This document shows, piece after piece, positions 12,861-25,387 of a stretch of DNA of 64,000 nucleotides; within the stretch, counting starts at the first letter, position 1, and each line of letters starts with the position of its first letter. The position numbers and the translations under genes are program-made. Origin of the DNA: Octopus sinensis (Eukaryota); the NCBI RefSeq assembly GCF_006345805.1, contig NC_042998.1:171182001-171246000 (forward strand), given 5' to 3'. A model generated the notes under the pieces. That model searched no databases and was not told the DNA's origin. It worked only from the letters and a program-made list of their open reading frames with translations.

Positions 12861-13062
12861 GAGAGGTGGATACTTAAAAAAGAAGAGACAAAAATTTAGA
12901 ACTTTATGCTATACATTTTTGTGGATGGTTTAGCCAATTAAACCGATTTAAATATTTGACTGCCCCGCCCCCGAATGAAGAAAGGCATCATCGACCTCGA
13001 TGGGATTTGAAATCAAAATGTAAAGGGAAATACCTGAGTACCAAAAAAATCCATTGTAGCGA

Positions 13063-13232
<170 letters not shown>

Positions 13233-13829
13233 CTGCCCTGATGCAGTACCAGACAGTGGCTCTTGTGGATTCTGATCTTAGCTGATTGGAAGTGTTACCA
13301 TGTACATTATTTTGTCTTGGTATAAAAGATGGACTACAGTAAATATTCTGCTCAATACCACAGATTTGCTTCTCAGTTGTTTGACCTTAATCAGTTGAGC
13401 AAGTCCCTTGGTGGCTGACGATATGTGCATCTCTGATCATGAGCAGAAGTAGTTGGGGAGTATCATAGCCATGTGTTGAGAGGGATTCTTTGGGGTTTGA
13501 ATAATTAACCTCTGGAAACATGGGTGTTTCGTTCAACATCGTTAAACAACCCTTATTCAGGGACCTTTTGAGCAGGATGGGTTACTCGACCAGAAGAAAA
13601 TTCTAACTGGGCCCCACCTGCAAGGTCATGCGCTGTTTATCTTGATATGAGATCACCATGTTGTGCACATATGGTTGTGATGCATGTGCCTGGTGTACCC
13701 TTATCAGACAGGTAGTCATGATGGGTATACTGGGCTTCGTATAGTTTACCCCAGTATCACTTTGATGGCATGCACTGCTCTCTCATTCAATAATAATAAT
13801 AATAATAATAATAATGATAATAACTAAAA

Positions 13830-14430
13830 CGCTAATTATAGCCTCTCAAGAACAAGCCATTAGAACAAATCTGATAAAGGCAAAGATCGACATAACTCAG
13901 AAAGCAAATGTATAAATCACCTTTTGAGTGAGTGCAGTATACTAGCACAAAAGGAGTATAAGCGCAGACATGTCTCTGTAGACAAAAGAGTGCATTGGGA
14001 TTTTAGCTCAATGTGTGGCTTCAAAATATCAGAACAGTGGTATGAACATGAACCTGAGGCTGTGATAGAAAATGAGAATTACAAGACCTTTTGGGACTTC
14101 CCCATAAATAATGACCATACTATTGAAGTATGGCCAAATATAATTACAAAGGACAAGATAAACAATGTAAGATAATAGATTTTGCAATTCCCATGATAGC
14201 AGAGTCGATTTCAAAGAAATTGAAAAAAAATTGAGAAATATCAGGATCTAGCAAGGGGGCTGAGGAGACAGTGAATGACCAAGACAACAATTGCTGCACT
14301 TGACACAACATCCAAAATGTTACCTATAAGACTGAAAGATATTTCAATTGAAACTTGCATTGTCGACCTACAGAAATGCACCATCCCATATTCTACAAGA
14401 ATTTTAAAGAAGATTCTGGAGATTTTTGAT
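13830..14430 (+). mobile_element. R4/Dong-clade non-LTR retrotransposon 3' fragment (restriction-like endonuclease)
   Basis: EYKRRH...WYEHEPEAVIENENYKTFWDFPI...PNIIT motifs; (AAT)n tracts on both sides. Confidence 0.75.
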
Positions 14431-14687
14431 TTATCAACAAATTCAAGATAGAATACCAGGTAACTAAACTAACATAATAATAATAATAATGATAATAATA
14501 ATAATAATAATATCCCTCTACATGGATTAGTGGGAGGGAAGAAGGAAAATATCTTCAAACTGGAGATCTGGCCCGAGTGCTTGCAACAGAGTTCTAGTCG
14601 GTGAAATTAAATAGGGCAACGGATTAAGTGAAGCTACCAACTGTCCCCGAGTACCTCTGTTGTGCAAAACGTTATGATGAAGTACTT

Positions 14688-15389
14688 AACTAAAATTATT
14701 GCAGTTGTTTGTCAACAACAACTTCCGGTGGTGCATATTTCGTTTGTCACTGTTATTTATGATATATTTCATCTCAGTTATGTTTGCATGAATAAACGAG
14801 TGTATCTGAAGCATGTTTACTTCATGGCACCACCATAATCGTTCGTGCATTTCTACTGCTTTTAGTTTTTTTCCTGTTTTTTTAGCTACAATTTTTGGAA
14901 AGACTTTTTGCACCCCCTACCCCTCCAATTTCTTTATTTTAAATTTTTTCCCGTAACTCTAACCCTAAAACCCTAACCCTAACCCTAAAACCCCAATCCT
15001 AACCCTAAAACCCTAACCCTAACTCTAAAACCCTAACCCTAACCCTAACCTAAAACCCTAAAACCCTAACCCTAAAACCTCAAAGCTAAAACCAGTACAA
15101 ACGCACGAACGATGTCATAAATAACAGTGACAAACGAAATATACACCGCCGATAGTTGTTGTTGACAAACAACGGCAGTAATTTTATTCAGCTGAATACA
15201 CGTCATTGATTGGTTGAAATTACTGAAATACAACTTTAACATGAAATAACTTCGTAAATATAAACTTTTCTCAAAGACGCTAAGAGTAAAAGATGTTTTA
15301 TATAACACATTCTACCAGTGTCCGAAGTTTGAAAGTGTTTAGTTACAAAAAATTAATTTCTCGATCTGCTATTGAAGGGGAAAAGATCC
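14688..15389. mobile_element. Merlin-like MITE, left-truncated, with long CCCTAA-like core
   Basis: Arms match 1275-2079; core ~14957-15090; right end GGAAAAGATCC. Confidence 0.75.
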
Positions 15390-16099
15390 ATATACTTTGA
15401 AAAATATCAATTTTCGATTTAGGTTTATAAACATATCTTAATTTAATAAATTTGAAATTTCTACACGGAAAAATGGATGCAGATATATGAACAAGTAATT
15501 AAAATATATGAATAAATATTAGTTTATTCCTATGACAAGAATGTAGATACAAGGTTACAAATGAATAAAGATTATAAAGACAGCAAAATGCAGAAAAGAT
15601 TTTCCTTGAGATATTTCTCAGGACTAAACTTAATGTTTCGTTTACATTTTCTGCAATAATTATTAACCCAGAAATGTGAGATCTTTTAACACACAAATTA
15701 ATTTTGGTTTAGTTGCATTGAATAAATATAAGGTAAGAAGAAAAAGAAAGCAAAGAAATAATTTTAATTGGTTCAACTTGTGTGAAATACACTAACGACA
15801 TAGAAAAATGAAAGAAAATTATTGATGAATATTTATAAAAAACTGTCAAGGAAAGGAAAGAAAATCAGCTGTTTTTCTAGCTTTTCAATGTTATTCATTA
15901 TTTTCTTTTTGTTTCTAATGTCTCAGTTACAGCAGGATAGGTAGCATTCATGAACTTTTTCAAGGTCCCAAGACTGGTGGGAGGTAGTTATTCTTAGACC
16001 TTTGACGTGACCTGAATGATATGCTTAAAGAAAGTGGGTATGGATCCAAATTTTCAACAGTGATATCTCTATAACTTGAAGCCCACTAATCACACTGAC

Positions 16100-16330
16100 A
16101 TTGAACCAAACATAGTCTTCTTCGTGTAGCTTCTCTCGTGCCTGACCCTTCCAATGCTTGATGAGCAAGTTCTGCTGCAAAATCTGCAAGCAAGGAAGGT
16201 GCGGGGTTGCAGTGTGCTATCTTTCTTTTGCTTCGAGAGCCAAGATGTTTTCTTCCTTGAGCTGTATGACTCCTTTAGTCACTGAGGTTTTCCATGCGGT
16301 CCTGTCTTGAGCTAACTTACCCAAGTCTTT
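16100..16330 (-). mobile_element. RTE LINE 3' end
   Basis: LAQDRTAWKTSVTKGV followed by a frameshifted C..C...C...IGRVRHE finger. Confidence 0.6.
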
Positions 16331-18099
16331 GCATCGACTTAGGAAGAATTAGCGGAAGACAGAACAACTTTCGCTAAAAACACCCAACGACCAGTTGGTG
16401 GTGTTCAATTGAGCAAGAGATCAAACCTATTATGCAAGAATCCAAGAGTCTCTCCGACGGACTTCCGCACAAATTCTGTCTATCAAATTTCGCTCACAAG
16501 GATTGTCTATCAAATTTCGCTCACAAGGATTTGATGGATTCAAGGTCAAAGTAATAGACACTCAAAGTATCACACAGTGACATCGAACCTGAAAATACGT
16601 AGTTGCAATGTAAACTTCTTAACCACACAACCATGTTTGTACACATGAATTTTCGTAAGCAAAGTTCGGTTAATTACAAAAAACAAAAAATCGTGTTTAA
16701 AAATTTAATCACAGAAACTAATAATCATTGAAGTCAGCGTGTCACTCTGCTTGCAAATTAAGTTAATGTTTCATATTGCGCCAATTATTTATTGAAATAT
16801 AAATTATTTGAATCAGTTAATGAGTGAAGTTTTAGTAGAAGATGCATTTGAAGATAGGCTGCACAAGACTGCATGTTGGTAATTTCAAGCTTCTCGAAAT
16901 AAATTGGCAAAGGAAATAGTTCATGCTTAACATTACTTTTGTTTAACTGTTTCCTGCTTTAATCACAATTTCTACAGCTGGAAAAGCAGATTACAATGTT
17001 AGTCTAAATGACAGTTCGAAACTTGCATGATTGGCTGTCGTTTCTCCTATTGACAGTCAATCAAACGAAGAACTTTATAAACCATTATTCTTCAAGTGTG
17101 TCTTGCATCGATTTTCCCAAGATTTCTTGACATGTATATATGGTGGTGATTTGGTTGATAGAGAGCAGGACTAAAAATACCTTAAAGTATTTTCTTCCGC
17201 CCTTCGACTTGTCTTCTTGTTTTAATGGGCCAATACAATAGATTTCTAAATTACTTTCATATTTTTAAATATATCCCCTCTTCCTCCCCCAATGCATCCG
17301 TATTACGGCTGGTAGACCGAGGGTTGTACGCTTGGAAGCAGGATAAGTATACGTCCGCTAGACACAATAATTATTATTTATAATAAGATATTAAAAACAA
17401 TACATAATATTGGCTGTCTGTTAGCCACAAACTTATGAAGATTGCTTACGGTACGTAGGCGGTTATGTGGGGTGGTCACATCACCTCATTATACCTGCTT
17501 TTCCAGTTTATTTAAACCCACACCTGATATGTGTTTTACATTATTTAATGAGTGTTGCCTTTAAAAAACATTGAAAAAATTATCTAAATAAAAGATTTTC
17601 CCAAGAAAAGTGATAAGAAATTCAAACTTTCATCCACCTGTCAGTTATTTCCAATAAATGGACAACAGCAAAACGATAATGGTGTGCACCACCCTGGTGG
17701 CTGTTCACAGTTACACAAAACATTCAATAACCAGAAATACGAGTTTTAGATCTTCTACGGTAATTCTCTTGACCAAAAATGCAAACAACAATACCGTTGA
17801 TCTAAAAGAAGATAGAGTTGAAATACAGTGCTTGAAAAACATAGTTTATATATAATAAATTTATGGTTTCATACTTTATTCCAATATACTGTCACAGCAT
17901 TGTTGTAGTTACATGTACAGAATCATACATTTACTCCTATAAAACTATTAAAATATATCTTTCAATTATGAAACATACTAACTTTGCTTTATACATAAAA
18001 TATATTTGTAAAATAGGGAGGATCTTGTTAATCTCAGTCACAGATTTTAAAATAATTTTTTGTTCTCATTTTTGTTAGGGGAGATTTTCAATTTAAATT

Positions 18100-18360
18100 T
18101 TTCTGTTGTCGAAGGTTCATCGTTTTGTCAATGGACCTGGAAGTTGTTGTTCGCAAACAGCAGCAGTAACTTTCTTCAGCTGAATACTGAATAATTGGTT
18201 AAAATTACCCAAATACAACAACTTTAACACGAAATAACTTCTAAAATATAAAATTTTGTCAAAAACGTTAAGAGTAAACTTTGTTTTACGTGACACATTC
18301 AACTAGTATCCGAAGTTTCAAACTGTCTAGTCAAAACAAATTAATTTAAAAACCTGTGAC
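18100..18360. mobile_element. Solo right arm of the Merlin-like MITE
   Basis: Diverged match to 1800-2079. Confidence 0.6.
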
Positions 18361-18959
18361 TAAGATTGACAAAATGCACTTATGTGAGAGTGCCTCATAC
18401 ATGGACAAATACAGCATTGGAAATAATTTTAGTAGAAATGAAAGAATGATAGTGAAAGAACATTTCAAAACAAAACAAAAAAATTCTTATCACTATCCAT
18501 GAACAATATACTTACGTATTGTTTAATTATATAATTGATTTGGTGTTCCTAAATTAAAAATACAAGTTTTCTTTTTATTTCCTTTTATTGTATAAATCTA
18601 CATTATTTAAACATTATAATTAATTTAGTACGCTAATATTTAATGTAACTTTACCTATATTTACCGCTCGGGATAAGAGAAGAAAAACGAAAGAAAATTC
18701 AGAAAAATATAAGAAAATTTACGAAAAGATAAATATTTTCTGTCATTGGACTGCATCCATACCCAGGCACTACCTTCAAATGTACTAGCCTCGATACCAG
18801 TTTTATGCCAGGTGATTATCGATCTCTTAAAGTTGGGAAAGCAAAGACGAGTAAAGGAATGTAACCGTTATTTACACAACACTATAATTATGCTGGTAGC
18901 ATCATTTGATCTGTCGGTATTTCTGTTAGCACGCCGGGCGAAATGCGCAGACGAAATAC

Positions 18960-19600
18960 CTATTTCTTTATTACCCACAAGGGGCTAAACATAGAGGGGA
19001 CAAACAGGGGCAATCTTTCGTCTCTAGTAGACCTTTCCGCCGATTTCCGTAAAAATTAAAAATTTTTTTTTACATATGGGCTTGCGGTAACTTTTGAAGT
19101 AATGAGAGCGAAAGAGACTAAGAGAAAGCGATTGTATGACGAGGGAAGTTCCTTTGAAGTTACCGTGCATGGGAGCATTGATGTATATGTGTGTGTGTGT
19201 GTGTGTGTGTTTGATGGGGTGTGGAAGACAGACAGTATGTTGTGTAAGTGAAGTGCTTCTGTTAGTGTGTGTGAAGAGACAGAGTAATGTGTGAAAGAAA
19301 GAGATAACTGAAATTTTTTACTCGGTGTATGTGTATATGTATATTACTTCAAAGGTTCCCGCAAGCCCATATGTAAAAAAAAAAAAAATTTTTACGGAAA
19401 TCGACGGAAAGGTCTACTAGAGACGAAAGGTATTAAGTCGATTACATCGACCCAGTGCGTAACTGGTACTTAATTTATCGACCCCGAAAGGATGAAAGGC
19501 AAAGTCGACCTCGGCGGAATTTGAACTCGCAACGTTACGGCAGACGAAATACCGCTAAGCATTTCCCTCGGTGTACTAACAATTCTGCCAACTCGCCGTC
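18960..19600 (-). mobile_element. SINE family B split by a MITE insertion
   Basis: The halves at 18960-19010 and 19433-19600 rejoin into one family B copy. Confidence 0.75.
19015..19432. mobile_element. MITE with ~90-bp TIRs
   Basis: CTTTCGTCTCTAGTAGACCTTTCCG...GAAGTAAT and its reverse complement at 19343-19430. Confidence 0.85.
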
Positions 19601-20656
19601 TTCAGGGCATCATTATCGAATGCAATAAAATTGCTTTTTAATAAATGAGTGACGGTATTGCGGGGAAAAAAATGAGGAAAAGTGAACAGAAAGCTGTCCG
19701 GTTATCTACAGAATCCATCGTAATTTTCGACTACAAATAATGGCAAGCCTGCTTGGTCAAGTACTTGGTTGCTGTTATTGTACCCTGCTATGAATGCTGC
19801 CGAGTAGCTAAACATATTACTTTTACCAAAATTTGGGAAGCACAAAATGAGAAAGTTTTTTGTGTTTTGCAGATTAATGTGCAACTTTTATCGATGGTGA
19901 TAATTGGTTTCGGAATGTATATATTTCAGGGATTATCAGATATGGATTAAGTTGTCTCCAGTGTTGATGCACAGAACAGCTCGAAGCTGGATTTAAAGAG
20001 AGTTACGTTGTATAGGCATACATAGGAAAGGGAAATTAACTCGAAAAGGAGTAATCCCATAATAAAGGTATTTGGGTCAAGGGAGATAATTCAGCTATAC
20101 TTTTAAAGTAAAATAGGTGCTAAGATGTTTGATGCAGAAATTAAGATATTGTAATTCATTAAAATTATCCTCTTAGTAATGAGAACACTCATTATCTTAA
20201 CGATTAACTCCAAGTACACACATTAATTAAAATGAATTGAATGTGCAATTCAGTAGCCATAAATAACATGAGCCTTGTGCTGATATTAGAAATACTTCAA
20301 GTTTAAAATTTTGGTACAAAGCCAACAATTTTAGGAGAGGGGTTAAGTCGTTTTCAGCGATGTTAATGCTGAACTGGTATTTAAGTTACCGACCCGCAAA
20401 AAAAAAAAAAAAAAATTCTCAGCGGTATTTCGCTCGTCTTCACACTGAAATTCCTCCCAGGCCGATAAATAAATAGTAGTTGAGCACTGGGGTTGATGTA
20501 ATCGTTTTTTTCCCCTCCCCTGAAACTGCAGGCTGTGCTAAAATTTCAAACCAATATTAATTAAAATATTGGGTTATCTCCCCCACCTCGTTTTACGAAA
20601 AATATTGGTACTTTTGGTTATCTCCTTTAACGTCTTTAACATTCAAGAGAAAACCC

Positions 20657-21150
20657 TCCATCAGGCATTTGCCATATTCTGAACGCCTTACTTCCCTGGG
20701 CATGGATACATTGAAACTCCGACGTCTGGCAGCTGACTTGGCAGACACCCATAAAATTATTAACCATCTTACAAACAATAACTCTGAGCACCTTTTCAAA
20801 CTCCACCCATCTAACACCCGTGGACATGTTTACAAAGTCAGAAAACAGCACAGCTCCCATGACTTTCGGAAACATTTTTTCACTCTAAGAGTTGCTGAAG
20901 TGTGGAACAAACTGCCGGCATCAGTTGTTAGTTGTCGGAGCACTGCATCCTTCAAAACTTCCATGCTTCCTGAGATTCGCCAACACTACACCTAATTTTC
21001 TCCCCTCCATACACACGCAAGCATGTATCTGACTCATACACTGTTCACTTTCCAGACATTTGTACATTACTGCATATTCTTTATATGCACTTTCTGACAA
21101 GTTGTGGTGCACCTGAGCACTGTATACAATAATTTCATTATTATTATTAT
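20657..21150 (+). mobile_element. CR1-clade LINE 3' end
   Basis: PYSERLTSLGMDTLKLRRLAADL...RKHFFTLRVAEVWNKLP; (ATT)n tail. Confidence 0.85.
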
Positions 21151-21548
21151 CTACAATGTGAAGTATTGAATCAAAAGGATCTCACTCCTAATATCAGTTT
21201 ATCACTAATATTTTTCACATTCCAAGTTCAATTTCTTCCGAGATCAATTTTGCATTTCATCTTCTCGAGGTCGATAAACGAAAGTACCAGTAAGATACTG
21301 AGGTTGATTTAATCTTGTACTAATTTTAGAAACCAATATTATATCTTTTCCTTAAAGCAGGCATAGCTATTTGGTTAAAATGGTTGCTTCGCAACCACAT
21401 GGTTCTAGATTCAAACCCCACTGCACTGCTCTGAGAACAAATATCGTCTACCAGATAATACAGTCCTATATTTAAGAGAAGAGGAATTATGTACATTATT
21501 TATATTATTTACATTTGATGGATATTTGTCCACATCTTGTTTGTTGTT

Positions 21549-21594
21549 AACACAACATTTCAGCTGATATACCCTCCAGCCTTCATCAGGTGTC
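21549..21594 (-). ncRNA. Minimal type I hammerhead ribozyme motif (two CpG-type mutations) in a Penelope-like LTR remnant
   Basis: GACAC-CUGAUGA-A-GGCUG[GAGGGUAUAU]CAGCU-GAAA-UG-UU^GUGUU; stem I GACAC/GUGUU. Confidence 0.7.
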
Positions 21595-21891
21595 TTGGGG
21601 AAATTTCAAACCAGGGTTCTCATTGTTTAGTCCCTGCTTAGCCTTGATCCAGCAGATACTTTTGAGTTTGCAGCTAAAGGTTTTTTTTTTTAAGTATAGG
21701 AACAAAGTAATATTTAACTGGCTCTTGGATCCAGTTTCGCTAATTTTGTGTAATTTTTCCATATTTAAGGCCATGTGTGGATTAATTAATAATTAGGCAC
21801 ACACACACATATATATATTATTTTCAAAAAAGTTAGAGGATAAGAAAATTTAACTTTCTTACCAAGTTTCAACATGCTCATGCCAGGCGGC

Positions 21892-21932
<41 letters not shown>

Positions 21933-21980
21933 AAGAGGGAGAGAGGGCGAGAGAGAGAGAGAACAAAAGAAGGAGAGAGA

Positions 21981-22146
21981 GAGAGAAAGAGAGAGGAAGC
22001 TAGTAAAAACTACATCCATACATGTTGAAAAATAGATGCTCCAATGAAAATTCACATTAATAGCTATTATTGTGGATGTTCATTGGAGCATCAATTTTTC
22101 AACATGTAAGGATGTAGCTTTTACTAACTTCCTCTCTCTTTCTCTT
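21981..22146. repeat. ~165-bp near-perfect palindrome with no spacer
   Basis: Centre AATAG|CTATT at 22063/22064; symmetric arms with a few mismatches. Confidence 0.9.
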
Positions 22147-23221
22147 TCTCTCTCTCTCTATATATATATATAAACACACATATACATATATGCATATGAT
22201 GGGTTTCTTTCAGTTTCCATTTTATCTAATCTATTCACAAGTCTTTGGTCAGCCCTAGGCTATAGCAGAAGGCACTTGCCCTAGGTACATGTCCATGCTT
22301 GTATATGAATGTATACATTATCTTTACTTTAACTACTTTACTTCCTCTTTTCATCCCTTCTTGGTTATTTTTTTTATAAACATTAAGGATGGTCAGATCC
22401 CTGAATTTCTATCTCATACCTTAACTGATATAAAAAAACATATATTTACGCTTACTGATCAAACTAAGCTAATTTTGGGCTTCCATACATTGTTTATATA
22501 ATGAGAAAATTTTGTATGTATACTTAGAATTGAAACCATGGTGTTCTGGTGATCTGATGAGTTAGCTTTCTTTATTTGCATTGATTTGTGAATATACAAT
22601 TGTATTGTATAATGCATAACATGCATATTAAAGCAAACATGTAAACATAATTTTATTCCACACTGAAATGGCTACAAAACAGCCAAAATCCTAAAGATGT
22701 CAAGTGCTTAAATATCTATATACATTTTTTGTACCTCCTGACATTTTACTGTTTATATACTTCTCCTGAAGTAATTTCATTGACTGGATCTTTTGGATTT
22801 CAGCTGCATTACACTTCTCTGTACTGGATTACTGTGTGGTCTGATAGTTGAGTCCATTAGAGCAGCTTTCTGTAATAGCCACACAATTCTCTGAATCCAT
22901 ATCTTTTATTACAGATTTATATATATGTACATACACATTCACATGTACGCACACATAAAGACATACACAGACACATGCAGACGCACACACACACACATGT
23001 ATGTGTGTGAGATTGATAAATATTATTCACGATAAAAATTTGATGTTTCATTTTGATTAAAATACTTGCAACTTCAGAGCAAAATCTTTCACAATAGTTC
23101 ACCTTAATTTAGTATGTCTGACTGTTATTCACTCCCACACTGTTTGTCGTGTTAATTTCCTTCTACTAGTGTGACCAGACTGTGAAGGACATTGTATTTT
23201 ATTATATATGTAAGATGTTTA

Positions 23222-23450
23222 GGATCTGTTCAGTTTGGTTTACAGACTTTTTAATTATTTTTTTTAAAGCTAAACTGTTTGAAACTTTGGATACTGGTGT
23301 AATTTCTCATGCAGAACACATTTACTTCGAACATTTTTGAGAAATTTCGTATTTTAGAAGTCATTTCATGTTAAAGTTGTTGTATTTGGGTAATTTTAAC
23401 CAATCAACAATGGGTATTCAATTGAAGAAAGCTACTGCTGTTTGCGGTAT
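23222..23450. mobile_element. Solo left arm of the Merlin-like MITE
   Basis: Starts GGATCTG; diverged match to 1275-1500. Confidence 0.55.
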
Positions 23451-23649
23451 TAGTCGAAGAGGAACAACTTCTGGGTCATATCTACTAAATGTCACCACTC
23501 TGTTCTCATGCATTCCTTACTCTTTCCCTCTCTACTGGCAGGCAGCCACTTCTACACCATCAACTATCAACCAGCAAGTCAACTTGTCATTGCCACTACA
23601 ATTACCGTATTTTCCGGTGTATAAGCCACTATTTTTTACCTGGAAAATT

Positions 23650-24190
23650 TAGTGTGCGGTTTAAATTTAGAAAACCACTCTTTTGTTTGAAGCATTTCTG
23701 TCTTCCATAACATTTTTGAGGTCTTCTCGTAACTTGACATCACGAGAGAATTGATCAATGGTCATCATTCCAGGTCTTCCGACATGAGAATTCCCATGGC
23801 TGGGGATCCACAAAAGGAACTCACTCACTCACTAACTCATCATTGCTTCCATACTAATGCCACCGTATCTTGCCGTCCACTATCGAAAGATGGATAACAT
23901 CAATCCGCAATGCAAAAGTATAGAGTGTACTGGACAAATTCAAAATAGTTTGTAAGTCTACACTTTCTGGCCGGATGAAAAGAGAATTCTTCAGAGCCAT
24001 AGTAGAATCAGCTCTTCTTTGCAGTTTATTAACTTGGACAGAAAAAAAGAAAGAAAACTTGATGGGATCTGTACACGTATGTTGGGTGCTATTCTCAATA
24101 AATTAGGGAAACAACATCCAATGAAAGAAGAGCTTTACGGAAATATCTGCAACATTATAATCATTCGAGAGGGGAGACAAGAGCTGTTTA
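23650..24190. mobile_element. RTE-like LINE fragment in two oppositely oriented halves
   Basis: KLDGICTRMLGAILNK...IREGR on + (23940-24190); VSEFLLWIPSHG...DLKNVMEDR on - (23650-23890). Confidence 0.65.
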
Positions 24191-24343
24191 ATGACAAGAA
24201 ATTTGACTGACATGACCAGTCGATAGGTCTTTAATTATCATTACCCTAAACATAACTGAGAATAAAACAAGACGATTTTCCCCCGTTCGAAGTCACTGTT
24301 ATGCAATTTATTATAATGTCTTTTATTCACATTTTCTGAATTT

Positions 24344-24374
<31 letters not shown>

Positions 24375-24384
24375 TAATAATAAT

Positions 24385-24560
24385 AATAATGAAATTATTG
24401 TATACAGTGATCAGGTGCACCACAACTTGTCAGAAAGTGCGTATAGAGTATATGCAGTAATGTACAAATGTCTGGAAAGTGAACAGTGTATGAGTCAGAT
24501 ACATGCTTGTGTGTGTATGGAAGGGAGAAAATCAGGTGTAGCGTTGGCGAAAATTTACGA
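24385..24560 (-). mobile_element. CR1-clade LINE 3' UTR, same family as 20657-21150
   Basis: Reverse-complement match to 20975-21150, including the (ATT)n tail. Confidence 0.8.
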
Positions 24561-24829
24561 CTAGAGGGAGACAACTCTATACAAAGGGACATAATTACGT
24601 TCAAACTTAAAAATAAGTTTACAGTATAGATGTTTATCTTTCATTATTTTCTTCGGTAAATCTTAAACAAGGCTCCGATTTTGCCCTCTTTTATGATTGT
24701 TGTGGAAAGTTAATTTGATATAAATATCATCGACCAATACCAATTTTTCTGAATGTGTGAATAAATCATATGACACAGTTGGAGATAAATATAAATAAGG
24801 AACTGAGCGAAGGTTAGTACCGGGTCAGC

Positions 24830-24837
24830 TCATGTGA
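24830..24837. promoter_or_regulatory. MITF/TFE-type M-box (TCATGTGA) upstream of OSTM1
   Basis: Exact TCATGTGA ~145 nt upstream of the ATG. Confidence 0.5.
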
Positions 24838-24979
24838 TCATTCCATAGAGATGTTTGTAAATACAGGTGGGGCAGCATTACAAGACTCGGCTCCATATAT
24901 TCTACTTGCCTGTTGAATATATCTAGAAAGAATCTTTAGCTTTTGCTAATTTCAATTCTTTACATACACACGAGAAGAA

Positions 24980-25366
24980 ATGGAACGGAATCTGAATTTT
25001 ATTACCGTGATATTTTTGCTTATATTAAACAATTTCCTTCTTTCGTCGTGCAATGAAGGCACATCCTGGACGTCGTACCACACTCAGAACCATCTCCCAA
25101 ATAACGACACACTTGCAGAACTAAGCCAGACAAACTCTTCAACGGTAACAGCAACTACATCGGAAGCGACAACTAGATTGGAAACGACTACGATAGAGCC
25201 CGTACCGATTAAAAAACCCTGTGAAGCTATTATCGGAAACATTAGTAATGTGGTGTCAAAATTCTATCGCTGTAGTATTGAACGTGCTCGTCCATATCGC
25301 TTTTGTACCGAATGTTTGCAGGACTACAAAGCAGCCATTGACCTTTATTCCGACATCGCTTCAGCT
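24980..25366 (+). CDS. OSTM1: OSTM1 (osteopetrosis-associated transmembrane protein 1, ClC-7 beta subunit) exon 1
   Basis: Signal peptide, Thr-rich linker, C...YRCSIERARPYRFCTEC (human GCLVRSARPVRLCQTC); donor GTGAGT at 25367; 387 nt, phase 0. Confidence 0.92.
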
Positions 25367-25387
25367 GTGAGTATTCTTCGTCCACGT

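Noticed and set aside
14957-15090. (CCCTAA)n as a true telomere or fusion site
   Set aside because: It is degenerate and lies inside MITE arms in three copies.
23650-23900. Possible first exon of a gene divergent from OSTM1
   Set aside because: It translates as the C-terminus of the LINE family also seen at ~8200-8400.
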